From NCBI GenBank assembly GCA_030141605.1, contig JAQGDQ010002370.1, forward strand, positions 782,327-846,326: 64,000 nt of DNA, read 5' to 3'. The notes beneath the pieces were generated by a model, which ran no database searches, was not told the origin of the DNA, and worked only from the letters and a program-made list of their open reading frames with translations. Position 1 is the first letter of the stretch. Every line of letters starts with the position of its first letter. This stretch comes from Tubiluchus corallicola (lineage: Eukaryota; Animalia; Priapulida). Shown one piece after another: positions 1 to 20,360 of the stretch. Both the position numbers and the translations under genes were made by a program.

Positions 1-745
1 TGGTTCACGAAATAATAGTCTACAATTATTTACTCAATGTAACTCAGCATCTGCAGAGTCAGCCGCCAGCAAATCTCAAAGGGTTTAAATTGCATTTGTG
101 AGAATTAGATTCCAGTAGACCAGTATGCCATTATAGTGTGACGATAAATCCGAAATACCACTACCACATGTCTGCGTTTAACGTGTTTTCATTTATACGA
201 ACTGTGTCTAATTAACACGTCTTACTTTGTAAATGAAACTGAAAGGGCTTGAAATTTCATTCACATATTAACTGTTAAGAATATTTTATAATTGTAAAAA
301 ACCGTCATTTGAATGGAGCTACTTCGATTTACAAATTTACAAATTGCAAGTCAGTCTAAAGTGACGTTTCAGTTATAGGGGCAGCAGATGTAAGGGGGAC
401 AAAACCTTTTGCAACAGAGTACACGACTAGCAACAGAACAAGTTCCCAAGCTTTTAATTTCAGCATCATTAATAATTTTATAATTATAAAAAATGTCTTT
501 AGGTGTCTTAACTTGCAGTAACAAATGATCACTAACACTTGTATGCTTTATAGCTTTTTTGAGCGCAGTATCACCAAAGTTAAATTACAGATCTTTTTAT
601 ATTAAATCTGGCAAAACGTCATTGAACTAGAGCGTTGCTCAGTAAAGCGCAGACTCCGTCAATGCAAACAAACTTAGAAATGTACGTCTAACTCTTTTTT
701 GGCACAAATAGAAGTAAAACAGACCATATCCGCCTCAAAATTTAA

Positions 746-815
746 CTGCTGCTGCTGCTGCTGGTGGTGCTGCTGCTGTTGTTGCTTCTGCTGCTGCTGA
801 TGCTGCTTCTGCTGC
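746..815. repeat. (CTG/CAG)n microsatellite
   Basis: Imperfect ctg repeats; source of the poly-Q ORF 674..940. Confidence 0.9.
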
Positions 816-1063
816 AATTTGGACACATGGGTCATTTCGACACGGGCTACTTCGACACATAGATAATTTGGACAAAAATTATCTACGCTTCTGAATACTG
901 CGTGAAAAACACCTAGTGTCCAAATGTCATATGTGTCCAAAGTGCCTTCAGACCAGATGTCCTATGTGTCCAAATGACCTATATGTCCAAACTGCCTTGT
1001 ATCTAAATGATCTATGTGTCCAAAGTACCTTGCGTCCAAATGACCCATGTGTCCAAATAGTTC
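816..1063. mobile_element. Small MITE-like element built from inverted arrays of a TGTCCAAA-type unit
   Basis: Left caatttggacacatgggtcatttcgac is nearly the reverse complement of right gtccaaatgacccatgtgtccaaatag; about 9 tandem gtccaaa-type units in 916-1060. Confidence 0.7.
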
Positions 1064-1919
1064 CAGAAGAAAAAGTCCTAGACGAAATAAGGACATGATA
1101 AGGAACAAAAGGTTTGGGCATCTGAGTACTAGTCTACGCTTTCATAAAACTGCCCGTCTTACAAGGAGTTTTGGGGCGTTCGGGGTGGAAACAATAGGTA
1201 TCCTCAAAAGGGGCCAAAAATTGCATCATAGGGTACATGGCTAGATGTCTACAATTGTAGGTGGTACTATCGTGAATTAAAAAACACCAAATCTGACGAG
1301 AACTGCTCGGGCAATATGGAATCTCACCATTATGGTTAGCGGTCAGAGGGCCGAAAATTACACCATAAAGTACATGGTTAATTTTTCTGCCAAAGTGTAG
1401 GGGACATTGTACTGTTTGAAAAATGTCCAATCCTAATGAGGTTGGCGGGACAAATTAAAAATCAGACGACCTGTACTGGACAACGATTATAAGAGATCAA
1501 AAGTTGCGTAATACCGTATTTACGTCAAACAAGTTACTGAAATAAATTTAATATTCCATTAATAAGAGAATTAACTGAATATTAAACACTAATTGGAACA
1601 ATATTGTAACTATAGAAAATATAACTGTAATTTTAAATATAAATATAAATTTTAAACTCAATCGCAAAATCTTTAGTAACAAAAACCATTAGTATGGTCA
1701 TAATTTTAATTTTCCTCGTCACCAATTGCATCTTCACTAATAATCACATCGTCACCAAAACATCGTCATCACCACCATCATCGTCACTTTCCTCATTCAA
1801 GAAGATTTCATCCAAGGAAACGGCCACTTGTGGTCCCCCAAACCACTTTGGTGCATACTTACTGTTTTTTTAATATCCATCCATTGTCCACGAGATTGCA
1901 CATCCATCAGGAGGGAAAG

Positions 1920-2545
1920 TAGAAAACAATGAAGTTAAATATCGATGGCGGAGATAATGGACAGGCAGAGCATTCTTGCTATTTGAGGAGTTGGGAAAGT
2001 AACAAAAAACGGCAGTTATGAGAAGGAAATAAAATGCAAAAGTGCAGACTTAGTTTGCGAAGTTAAGAAAGTTTATATGAAATCAAAAGATTAGTGTAAC
2101 GACAGGAAAATGACGCATGTTATGTTGGTCAGTTTTGCTACATGGACGGATGGACACTGAAGTAAGCAGGCACAAGTAAGCGACTGGAAGTCTTAGAAAT
2201 GTGCTGTTACTGAAGCATGCTGAACGTCAGTTAGAGAAGAAAAGTCACGAAATGAAAAAGTGACAGGAACGTTAAAGGAGAAAAAACCTGCTGGGATATC
2301 ATCGTCAAGAAGAAAGCTTAATATTGTGGACATGCTTTAAGGTATAGCGAACTGATACAGAGACAGATGAAAGAAATCGCAGGGAGAAGTACTAGAAGAA
2401 GGCAGCAAAGGACATGTCTAGACGATATCAGTAAGTGAGCCATGATTAAAAAAGGAATGCTATTGTTAATAAAGACAAAGACAATGGTGTCACACAAACA
2501 CATTTTATGTAACCTGGTGAAGGGAGCAGTGGTTTCCCGAAATAT
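1920..2545 (+). pseudogene. Degraded 3' fragment of an RTE-type LINE ORF2
   Basis: Broken translations resemble RTE C-terminal motifs: CYV.SVLLHG..WTL (about 2115-2162), YCGHALR (about 2321-2342) and AGRSTRRRQQRTCLDDISK (about 2378-2436), similar to EGKRxRGRxRxxWLDDI. Confidence 0.65.
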
Positions 2546-4524
2546 CATTAATACTGATAAACCTTGTTGAATTTCAAGACGTTGTACAAAAAATATTTGA
2601 CAATTAAATTAGTTATTTGAATGATATAGAGATTGCTTTGCTTCTATACATTTCCGTGATTTCTATCTTCTCGTTGCATACCATAAAGTTACTAAATTCC
2701 AATTCTTTATTATACCGTATTACCTATAGACAATGAGTAAAACTGTCATATACACCGAAAACGAAATAATAAAGATTCGCTGTAGAAAAATCGACAAAAG
2801 CTAGTGATTTTACTTACTTGTTGAGACAAAGAATAAAGCGGTACATAAAAAAAAGAACTGCCTATACGAATGATGCATCCCTCCACACAATGCCATGTCA
2901 CACGCTGCTTGCAAGTTTGGTCGACTTTCAGTATTTTTGAAAATACTAACAGAAGTGAAAAGTCAGCGTATGTAACACTCATAAACAGTTCATCTGGGCT
3001 TTCACAAAGTAGTTCAAAAATCCTTCAAGTGTAGACAGTTAACTTCTTTGACAAGACAAGACTGCCACATTCCCCCGTATGGATGCTCTCCTTTTCTGCA
3101 GCTTCTCTGACTCTGAGTAACAGCGACTTCCGTATAAACGCTTTATTGATTCTGTCCTACAAATCAAGGCCATCTAGCTCAGAGCAGACACACTTGCGAA
3201 CCCTGGAAATCAGTTCAAAACAAATTTTATGCTACTGTTTCATTTAAATTTTGCCTTTAACTTCGTCAACGCTCACAACTTGACAATATTTTTTTATAAA
3301 TTTACTTTAGATTACAAATTTTGCAGCCATGGAACACTATTACTGCAATTATGGCGAACTATCAAAATGTGTACATCAGCTGTAGCACATATATAATAAA
3401 CCATTATATTTAAAGTTTGCTCTTTATAGATGTGATGGTCACTTATTACTATTAAGACAGAATACAGATTAAAACAGTCTTACCTATTCACTAGATCCAA
3501 AAAACAAAAAGGTTAATTGTTATGTGATATATCCTTTCCTATGCAGTTGGACAAACCATAATATTAATAATGATTGTAACAACATGTTACCTGTTAATCT
3601 ACGCATGTAAGTACCAACAATTATAATTCTTTTGATTACACTACATCAGATCTATAGATTAAAACATCGATTTTTATTCACATCATACGAATATCACCGC
3701 AGACAACATATATAACAATATATATATACGAGAGCCAGAAATACAACAAATATAGATAATTTTAACCACGAATAGTCGCTGCAATATAAGAACACACACA
3801 TCTCCTAGTTAAACTTAGCGCAAAGCCCATACCGTACTGCCTGAATACTTATGGATAAAAACGTTAGTAAAAACAATTTTAGCACCCTAAGCGACCACCA
3901 GCCCGACTGTCCGATAGAATGATTTAGTGTTTGCCTTTTTGAAATTATTATGCATTACAAAGTTAAACTTGTAATTGCTGAAAAGGCATGTAAAATATTA
4001 CGAAAAACATTTGGTGCAATAAGGCGTAATACACGTGTTTATCTCTCTATATAATTAGTGTATTCGATTATTAAAAGAAAAAGAGTAAACTAATATTAAT
4101 TATACCGAGTAGTGATGCTCACTATTTAAAACTGTATTTAAAAAGTTCCATTTACCACAATATGAATCTAATCATGCCAATATTCTCAGTAGTAAGCAGT
4201 TTTGGTCGTATATTATACAAACAAATCAAATACATTGTTTTATTGAAAGCTGATGTTTGGCCGGCAAGTGAACGACGAATCCACATCAAATGCTAAAAAA
4301 ATTGCGATCTGTCACTAGATTTTGATCAAACTAATACTGCTGAATAGATTGCGCCGGAAAAACGAACCGGTGGAGTTATTTTCATCAAAATTCGGCAAGC
4401 AGTTACAAACTTATCTAAACTTAAAAGGTAAGCAATCGAGTTGATCGATGCATATCTGAGATACCAAAAAGAGGATTTTGCTAAAAATAGTTTAAGAGCT
4501 CCCAAATAACGAATGTAATACACG

Positions 4525-4960
4525 GCACGGAGTTGGAACCGGGTCTAGTAAACCGTGTCAACCGGTTTTTCCCTTTTTTACAAATCATTTGTAGAGTTAT
4601 AAAAATAACCGTTCATTTTCACTCATTAATCAAAAATTTAAAATTCGTACACAAATTATATGCCTATAAATGCCTACATCGCTTGCCTAGTTAGTTAATA
4701 TGGTAGGCCTATAATCAAAAAATAAATGTATAGTGCTGGATGATGATGATGATGACGATGATGACGACGACGATAATGATGATGATTTGGTGATGACGAT
4801 GACGAAAATATGGAGTAAGTATTTGTCTTTGCTTGTAAGTATTCGTTGTACGCTTGTGCCAAATTTTTATCAAACCGGGGAACTTGAGTCACCGAGGGAG
4901 TTGAGTCAAATCATCGGGACAACCGTGTCAGACCCCATAACCCGATTCCAATTCTCGTGC
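4525..4960. mobile_element. MITE-like element with ~20-bp TIRs enclosing a (GAT/GAC)n microsatellite
   Basis: gcacggagttggaaccggg at 4525 and cccgattccaattctcgtgc ending 4960 are imperfect inverted repeats; microsatellite at about 4738-4805. Confidence 0.55.
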
Positions 4961-5994
4961 AGTATATAAGTAGATTGAAGCTACCATATGCAGTACTGCA
5001 CTTAATAAAAATAGCCGTTTAATAATATTTAATAGTACTCTGCAGTTGTTAAAAATTATTATAAAATTAAAAAACATATTTTTCCCAAAATCCAGCCTTA
5101 ATTACTCGTATTTACAAACATACACAATGATCAGCAAACAAGTTTTTGAACGACTTATGCAGGAAATTCTAGTACTTTTCCACCCTCAACAAACTAAAAT
5201 CTTCAATTCGAAATGTTTGAACAGCCTTACAAACTAACGAGACATTTTTTAATTTTGAAAAAAATACATAAGCAGAGCAGTGTATTTCGTGTAAATTTAT
5301 ATACATTAAAATTCGCTCACAAAACAGTGAACATCCGTTGTAAGCAAACAATAATTTTCCGAACAAGAATTAGTTGAAGAAAATTAACCACAGATGGCAG
5401 GATGAACATAGTGAGTAGTAGTGTTACGCAGTATAAACGTGCTCTAAGTGAGTCTTGAAGTGCGTGACGAAATTGTAATTGTAACAAGCATCACAATAGG
5501 AAGTCAGCACATGGCCTTTCAACATGTGGCAATAAAATTGTGACATATAAATGAACACGTAAAAATTCTTGGCTATTTACAGCATTGTGCAATATTTACT
5601 AACACATGTATTCGTGAAGTTGTCAGAATGAATCGCTAAATAATAAGTGCATTGTGATTAATTAACAACATTGAAAATTACCTATATGTCTTGTGTAATT
5701 TGCTTATTAACTAGTTAGATAAGGAGTACAGCCTAAGTTTCTATGCAAATTCCCACAAATAGCGGGTACTATAATAGTCATACTTATTTTTATCAAACAA
5801 CATTAAATCAATGGCACAATAATAAGTATTAAAGAATATTACAATTACTCATCCAAAAAGATCATTCATAGTTCATTGGACGAACACAACTTGTAGAAAA
5901 GTGTTTTCTTACACAGAATATTTATATATTACACCGCGCTGTAAAAAACGTACCTTGTCACAAAAGTTCACTAAGGGAAAATACACACAGATAC

Positions 5995-12977
<6,983 letters not shown>

Positions 12978-14749
12978 CTGAAATGCCTGTGTCGAAATAT
13001 TATTGCCACATATTAACTTAATAAAATATTTCAAATTCCGTTAAAAACTTATGATATGCTACCAATAAATAATAAACTTTTCCCTGTGACTCGACTGTAC
13101 CTGTGTGCAATCCATGTATTTATCCGAATTTTTTCAAGAGATTCTGATCCTATCTTTGATGAGAGATGAGAAGAAAACCAGTACCGTATTCGAAATATCT
13201 AAATCTTGATGCCGCTCTCCATTTTTATAAACCTACTGTTTGGCCTTGCTGTTGTACTGCAGCTACACATCTGGACTGTATCTCGGCCTGTCACCGTAAC
13301 TCAATTGGTATAATTACGGGTCTGATTGGGTCTGACTTGAGGTCAAGCTGCAATGTCTTCCTCCATGAGGGTCTCCTGCTACATGCACTAAATCTTTTTT
13401 ATTGCTATCTTTACAGGATTTTTCTTCATTGCTTCATAAATGTCGCATTTATGCAAACGAGTACTCCTTTCACATTGATTCCTCATATTGTCGTTGAGTA
13501 TCCCTGCATGCAGGACAGCTGCTGCTGCTGCTATAAATGCGGTTTCATCGGGCTTCTTATATGTAGAATTTTGTACCAGCTATTGATTTCTTCATTAAAA
13601 AATTACTTGTTTCATTTTCAACAATGTTATCTTCTGCAATTAAACATTCTTGTTTCAGAACATCCGATTTATATTTTAGTTTCTAACAATATATCCTTAT
13701 TTGCGGAGTAGCAACTGGTCTTATATCATTGTTTGATGATGCTTCACGAACCTTTGTTCTCTCAAGCTTTCTACAACGCACGTCGATTCATGCTGAATAG
13801 GTTCCATTACCAAGATTGTTACATACGTCCATAATGCAAGACGAACGAAGATCTTGTGATAGCAGTATCTAAAATAACGCATGATTCCTTAACATTATAA
13901 CATTTCTTAATAAATCGCTTAATTCTTACAGTAACAGTTCAACTGCTTCTAGATTGCTTCTAGGTGGATTTATGATCCGTGGCATAATATACTTGCCTTT
14001 TCTGCTAGGCAAAACTCCGTCACATTTTTAAGCTTTGGCAAATTGCTTAAGTTTTTTTGGAAACCGAGCCAATTTATCAAAATTTCGGTCCAATAATTTA
14101 CTTTAAATGCTATAACTCTCTTAATAAGTTATAAGCAACACATGATAAGGGTATAAATTTTCGGACGGCCCTTGAGTTTTCGATTTTTTACAAAAGAATC
14201 AGAATATGATTCAGGATAACATCGGGAAATGCACTTGCCCTTCTCTGCACAAATGCAATTTTAATTCGCTAGTTTTTGCTTCCAAAACTTTTTAATGAGA
14301 ACTAAGATTTCTTGTGGCCATAAATTGAGTTAATATTCTGTATTATGCACATTTTGTAGAAAGTATTATTTACTACAAAGGTGCAATTTGGAAACTAGAT
14401 CCCTCGGTGAGAATGCTAATACATGTAGTATGCACAGACTTTAAGCACTGTATCTTGTTTCCGCTGCAAAAATGTATTCTACACCGTATAATTAATCGAG
14501 TATAGGATTATTTTAATTAATAGAGGCCACACTTATTTTAATTGTTCATACACCCACTTCCTGGTTATGAGGAATCTCCCAATATCTACACCAGCCCAGG
14601 CGATGAAGTTAGACTCGCTATCCACAATACAGAATCCTTAGATTTATATCCACTATATAAATCTAAAAGTTTAATTCAATCCCTGTTAGAAAGTCGCCAC
14701 TTGCTATAATAAAGTTGTCTTTTTTCAATACATTTTTTTTTATTTTAAA

Positions 14750-17505
14750 GGATTTAATGGGATTGTCAGAAAAGTGGAACTCTGGATTGCATTCTTTTCT
14801 AAAATAGGCAACATAGATAGTCCTATCAATTTTATTACGCTGAACCCGAAAAAACTGTTGGCAACTTGAAAAATTAGCGGAAACTTCAAAAACGCAAAAG
14901 AAAAACAAAATAGCGGCCAAGCTTTTTGCACAAACAACGTAAATAAAAACAAATTCCCAGAAAATTACCATTAAGCGGCGATTATCATGCCATCTGTTCC
15001 AGGGTGGCTGTACCTAAGGAATCCATTTCTGGTACTTTTATTTCAAAAATGGCAACCGCACAAAGCAAAATTATGCCATTCATGCAATTATATTAACTAT
15101 TTACTATTATCTATATAAAGGTTTATTATAAAAACAAAAAGCAAGTTATTTTTATTAACTCGACCTTGCTGAATCTCACAAACTGCTATTAGGCCAAAAA
15201 TGCAAATCCACTTAAGCAGTCCAATAAGAAGATGACAATAGGATTCCTCATATATCTAGCATCTAACAGAATGATGAAAAACTTATTCATTTCGCCTGTG
15301 AGTTATAAAACTTTGCGTAATTCCAGAACACATCAGATTGATTAATTTTGGCTATGAGTCTTATCGAAAATCATTCATTTTTGAGATGGCTGAGAAGATG
15401 AAAATTGCTAATTATTACAAGCCCTATTTTAGCTATTAGAGCAGACAAGCAAAGGTTTTGGTGTCTAAGTATAAGTTCTCAAGGTCAAGGAATCCATATC
15501 TGATGCTAAAACACCCATGGCATCACTTAAATTGGGGTTTAAGACGATTGCCAAGACGGCTGTGATCACTTGTGTAATATATTAGCTATATTGCATGTTC
15601 TAAGGCAAATGAGATGATGATTTTAGTATCTAATTATATTATTTAAAGATCAAGGATTTAGGGTAGTATACAGTATGACCACCATTTTCAAAATGGCCGA
15701 AAAGATGGCTGTCAGTAGCTTACAAAGGCAATATCCTAGTCAATGTCAAATTGTGAATGCCAAGCGCCACGAAATCAGCGTTATCACCATTCCGTGCCAA
15801 TAGCCTACCTACTGTTACGACAAGACTTGAGCATTTACAGAGAGAAAGGAAAAAACTCGCTCGGCTCACATGGTAAGCGTCTGAGGCATTTATATCTCTA
15901 AGAAACACTGCTAGAGTTGAGCAGCATTCACAAAAAAAGAAAGTCAATTGAGCCAAGTCCTCCAGAGTCTGCAGCACCGTAGGAGCACAACAAACATGTG
16001 GTATATCAGGCACGATACGGCTAAGCCAGATATTAATCAATGCCCCAACTTCACCTTCACCATTTGACGAGGCAAGAAGAGGTCCCTACTGATGTGACGT
16101 GCGAACAGCACTGGACACTAAGGCCAGAAGTCGTTTTTAAAGTAAAGTAACTAGTTAACCAGTTACCAGTACCCAGTTAACATAACATTTAACGTAATTA
16201 AGTATTACTGCCAGCCAACCAAATGCTATATGGCATATGTAAGTGTGTTCAAGCAAGTTTTGTTTGTATAGCTCTGTGCAAATGTGGTGGTGAATGTGAG
16301 AAATGTTTTTAAGGTAGTGTTATCTATGTTATGTATATCAAGATTCTGACACAGACAGTTTGTTTCTTATTGCTGGCCTCGTTATCAACTCGTACATTAA
16401 ATGAGTGATGTGCATACATGATATTGCTGATATCGTTAAGGTTTAATATGAATAATACTAATACGTAAATACTTGATCTTTAAAACTAATCTCCAGTAGA
16501 ACGTACGATTTAGCTGATACATTATAGAAGCCGCAGCAGCTATCTTGGCAAACATATTGAAATATTAAATAGGTGATGTCATAAGTGTTGTTCAGCATCA
16601 GCCATCTTGAATGCCACACTGGATGCTACCCTAAATCATTTGCAGTTAAAGCCTATGTCTACATGCTAAAATCCTCACCCTATCAGCCTAAGAACATACA
16701 ATGTAGCTAACATATTACATGAGCACCTGCAACATCTTGGAACCCTCTTGAAATACTAAATAACATGACGTCTTAGGTATTTTAAGTATCAGATGTGGTC
16801 TTAAACATTGAAAACCTAAATTTACACTCCAAAATGGTCATCTTATCTATTCTAACACTTAAGATACGGCCTTGATATAGTGGCAAAAGACATCTTGTCG
16901 GCCATCTTGAAAACGGCGGCTATATTGGAGGATTTTCGGTTGACCCATATCTAATATCACCTTGATGGGTTCTACCATTGTGCAAAATTTTGGGTGAAAT
17001 TAGCAATTTTTTGAACATTTTACTAAACCATATTTCGGTCCTGGTGGCTATCTTGTTTTTTTTGCTTTTATTGGACTGTTTAATTTCCTTACCTCCTCTT
17101 TGGGGTTCAGCAGTTTTTTGGATTCAACAAGGTCGAATTGATGTTTGTGTTTTGTTAATAAATCTTTAGGTGAAACAGCTTATATAACTGCAGGAATGGC
17201 ATAATTGCGTGTGGCGTGGCGGCATTTTTGAAAAGAAAGTAACAGAAATGGAGTGAATAGGTTTGTCTACCATAGAATAGATGTCATAGTCGCTTCTTAA
17301 TATCAATTTGTTGTGAATTTCTTTTGATTAATTTAGCTTATGCAAAACTTGGCAGCCATTTCGGTTTTTGCGATTTTCACTGTTTTTCGCCTATTTTCCA
17401 AGCTGACATTTTTTCGGGTTCAAATTGATAAGACTGCCTGTGTTGCCCGCTTTTATAGACCTAGAACTTTATAGCTCTACCTTTTCGGCATTTTCTTCTG
17501 GTCTA
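14750..17505. mobile_element. Foldback / Academ-like non-autonomous DNA transposon with ~1-kb diverged inverted arms
   Basis: 14750-15720 is a diverged reverse complement of 16540-17505, e.g. gtaatatattagctatattgcatgttctaaggc vs gcctaagaacatacaatgtagctaacatattac, and tgaacccgaaaaaa vs ttttttcgggttca. Right end is ..ggtCTA; TAG..CTA termini with long TIRs are Academ-like (family assignment is inference). Confidence 0.7.
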
Positions 17506-19289
17506 TTATAAAACGTACTTTTTGAAATTACGCATCTGGTTTATTTAGCGAACCTTTATGTTAGTAGGAACCATAACCATAAACTACAATTTTTGTACAA
17601 TCATTGTCACGCTATACGAAACCTGGGGTCCTTATTAAACTCGTTATTTATATAGAACCTCTAACCTGTCTATTTCCAGTTGACATAAAGGTGTTGTGCG
17701 ACATACAGTATCGGCTGGCTTCATCTTGCACTGTGAAGCATATATGATATGAAAGCGCTGGTTTAGCTGAAGCTTCTCTGACATTTTAGATACAACACTC
17801 GCAAATAGGCAGCAATGTGAAGCCGATACTTGCATTAAATCATTGCGAGCTGAATATTATATCTTACTGCGCCATATGCATTTGAGCTGCCTGTAATTAT
17901 GAAACCTTATGGGCTTCATAATTACATGATTCCATGTGTGCCGAGTAAATGTGGACTAGATAAATTTAGGCTTCAAATTCCGACATCCAACCCGGTATTT
18001 GAAATAAAGCTAAAGGAGCCAAATATGCCATGTATAACTACCGCCACTGATTTGACAGGGGGGAACAGTATCGATGTAAAGATCAGTAGAGGAGTTATTG
18101 CAACCAAGAGTCTCGCATTATTTGCAAATAGCAGGATGTTTGGGCTTGATTTCCAGTTATCATCAGGTGAATATTTAATTAGTTTAATTGTATAAAATTA
18201 TTCAAAAAAACCAATTTTCTATAAAATAGTTTGAAAATTATCAGCTATTATTGTGTGGATATAACAGTAAGACTGAACAATGATCAATTGTTATGCGGGC
18301 ATGAACAATAAGACAATTTTGAAAACTGGTAAACTGTTTGTTTACAAATCTGAACACGTAACATAGACAATCTTTGAAAAGAAAATGCTTTTGCCATTTT
18401 GCTCTATTTTACGAGATGGTTTGAAAACAAAGGACACGTCTTGTTATATGTGAATAATTTTTCTCGTTTCCTTTAATTCTTTTACCAATTTTTGTACTGG
18501 TGCTAAACTAGACTGAGAGCCTGTTGGATGTATTCACAAAATTATACTTGATAAGTAATTTCTAAATACAGTTTAGGTTTATTCAAACAAAATAATATAT
18601 AACGTACAGATTGTATAACGTACGTATATATAATATATATTGTATCATTGTGGTTGATACGTTTTTGACACCCAAAGTATCAGCAGTCAGCACTAACTCA
18701 ATGTTTTGCATTGTAAGCACAATGTGAGCACCTTTACGCTTACAGCCTATAGCATGCCATTCCACGCTCTATAATCAGCGTGCAGTATATCGCAGCAATA
18801 TGAGTCGTCACGTTCATTGCATGAACCGTGTGTGAAATGTCCCTAATATCACACTAAGTGAATTAATACGCTTCATTAAATAGCTGGTTTCAAGTTTTAA
18901 TGCGTGGCATCGGCCTCAAGCTCTTGCTAAGTACGGTGGCAAAAGTAACCATATTTCCTGTTAAGTCTTGTGTACTTATCCAAGCGGTCAGCGCTAAGTA
19001 GCACTACTCTCTAATTACTCGCTGGCTTCCCCAATTGTTAAGAGTTTGTGTGTCGGATAGTGATAACTGCTCATTGAAGGCTTCGCTTTTAGCTTCTCGG
19101 CGAAGCTGTGAGAACCGTCTTAAAAGCGCGTAAAATGAGCCTACGTTAATTAAGCCCCAAAGTAAATAAATTTGTGAAATGTAATTAAAATTCATGTGTA
19201 GGATACTCATTCGAAGTGTAATGAAGTGAAAAAATTGCATCCTGAAGAAACCATTCTCTCTTTGTACAATAGTTCTTCTTTCTTTATAT

Positions 19290-20068
19290 ATAGCTCACGG
19301 GATAGGTAGAACTAGGCGGGACACGGCAGTAACGGCGTCTGACCTCTGGTGAAGGGCCAGGGGCAGCGGGCGCTTTTCGTTTTTCTATAACTCCAAATCT
19401 CCTCCTAGGGCTACCAGTTTTTCCAAAATGTTTTCACAAGTATTTAGGCACTGTGTAGTAGATGTGCACCTGAGGTTTTAAAACCTGGAATTCGTTAAGG
19501 ACCCGAAATAAAAACTAAAGTCAGAAAATTGGGTCATGTCTGTAACTCCGTAAACGTGAGAACTAGAATCACGAAACTTGCAGGGCAGATAAGATACTCA
19601 GAGAATGGTATGGGAAAGCTGACCTCTAGGTCAAGGGTCACAGTGACCGTGGCCAAAGTGTGAAAAATAGGCCAAATAACTCAGCTTCTATTATAGTGTT
19701 GGACTGGGAATCTATATTTTTGCATGAACGTGTAGTCAAGTAAGGGTAGATGTGCACAAAAAATTTATCAGAGTGGGCGTGGCTAGGTCACGTGAAATGG
19801 AAAAAGTGCTAAAATAGGTTTTTGTCAATAACTGAAAATGTAAACAAGGTGAAGTCCCGGACTTGCATGGCAGGTTGGGCACGAAATACTGAACAATGAC
19901 CTCGGCTGAAAGGGTCAATGACAATAGGCATTATGTCAATTTTTCGTAGGCTCTGTCTCTTCTTACAGTTTTTGAGCTAGAACAACAATTTTTGGTACGT
20001 GACTAAATGGCCCCAAATTTTTATGCTTGGTAGAAGCGAGAAAAAACGAGAAGGAAGTTCGTTGTTTA
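19290..20068. mobile_element. Unclassified interspersed repeat (tagctcac start; gaaacttg and ggtcaagggtca internal motifs)
   Basis: GC-richer block with internally repeated gtagatgtgcac, (a/g)acttgca and gacct..gggtca motifs typical of invertebrate non-autonomous elements. Confidence 0.45.
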
Positions 20069-20245
20069 GTTCTTATTTTGAAACATATGTATGTGTATTT
20101 TGATGAGAAATAAAACGAATAACTACTAAAAGAGAAAAGAAGACGGAAAAGTGGGAGAATTTGAATTTGAATTTAAACTTTTATTTCAGAATTTCTTTCA
20201 TATAAAACGGTAGTTAAAAGGAGGTAGGAAGAAAGAGTCAGAAAC

Positions 20246-20360
<115 letters not shown>

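Noticed and set aside
674-940. Poly-Q ORF
   Set aside because: Translation of a CAG microsatellite plus MITE; no splice or domain support.
916-1063. Regularly spaced short repeats resembling a CRISPR array (also 26390-26560, 30330-30510)
   Set aside because: Units are short, degenerate and tandem with no unique spacers; no cas genes; eukaryotic context.
4695-4969. Poly-His and poly-Asp ORFs
   Set aside because: Products of the (GAT/GAC)n microsatellite.
13166-13711. 181-aa plus-strand ORF
   Set aside because: No recognisable motif; composition looks non-coding or like the antisense of a decayed element.
17854-18195. 98-aa ORF with a donor-like CAG|GTGAAT near its end
   Set aside because: No acceptor, partner exons or recognisable family; stops just upstream in frame.
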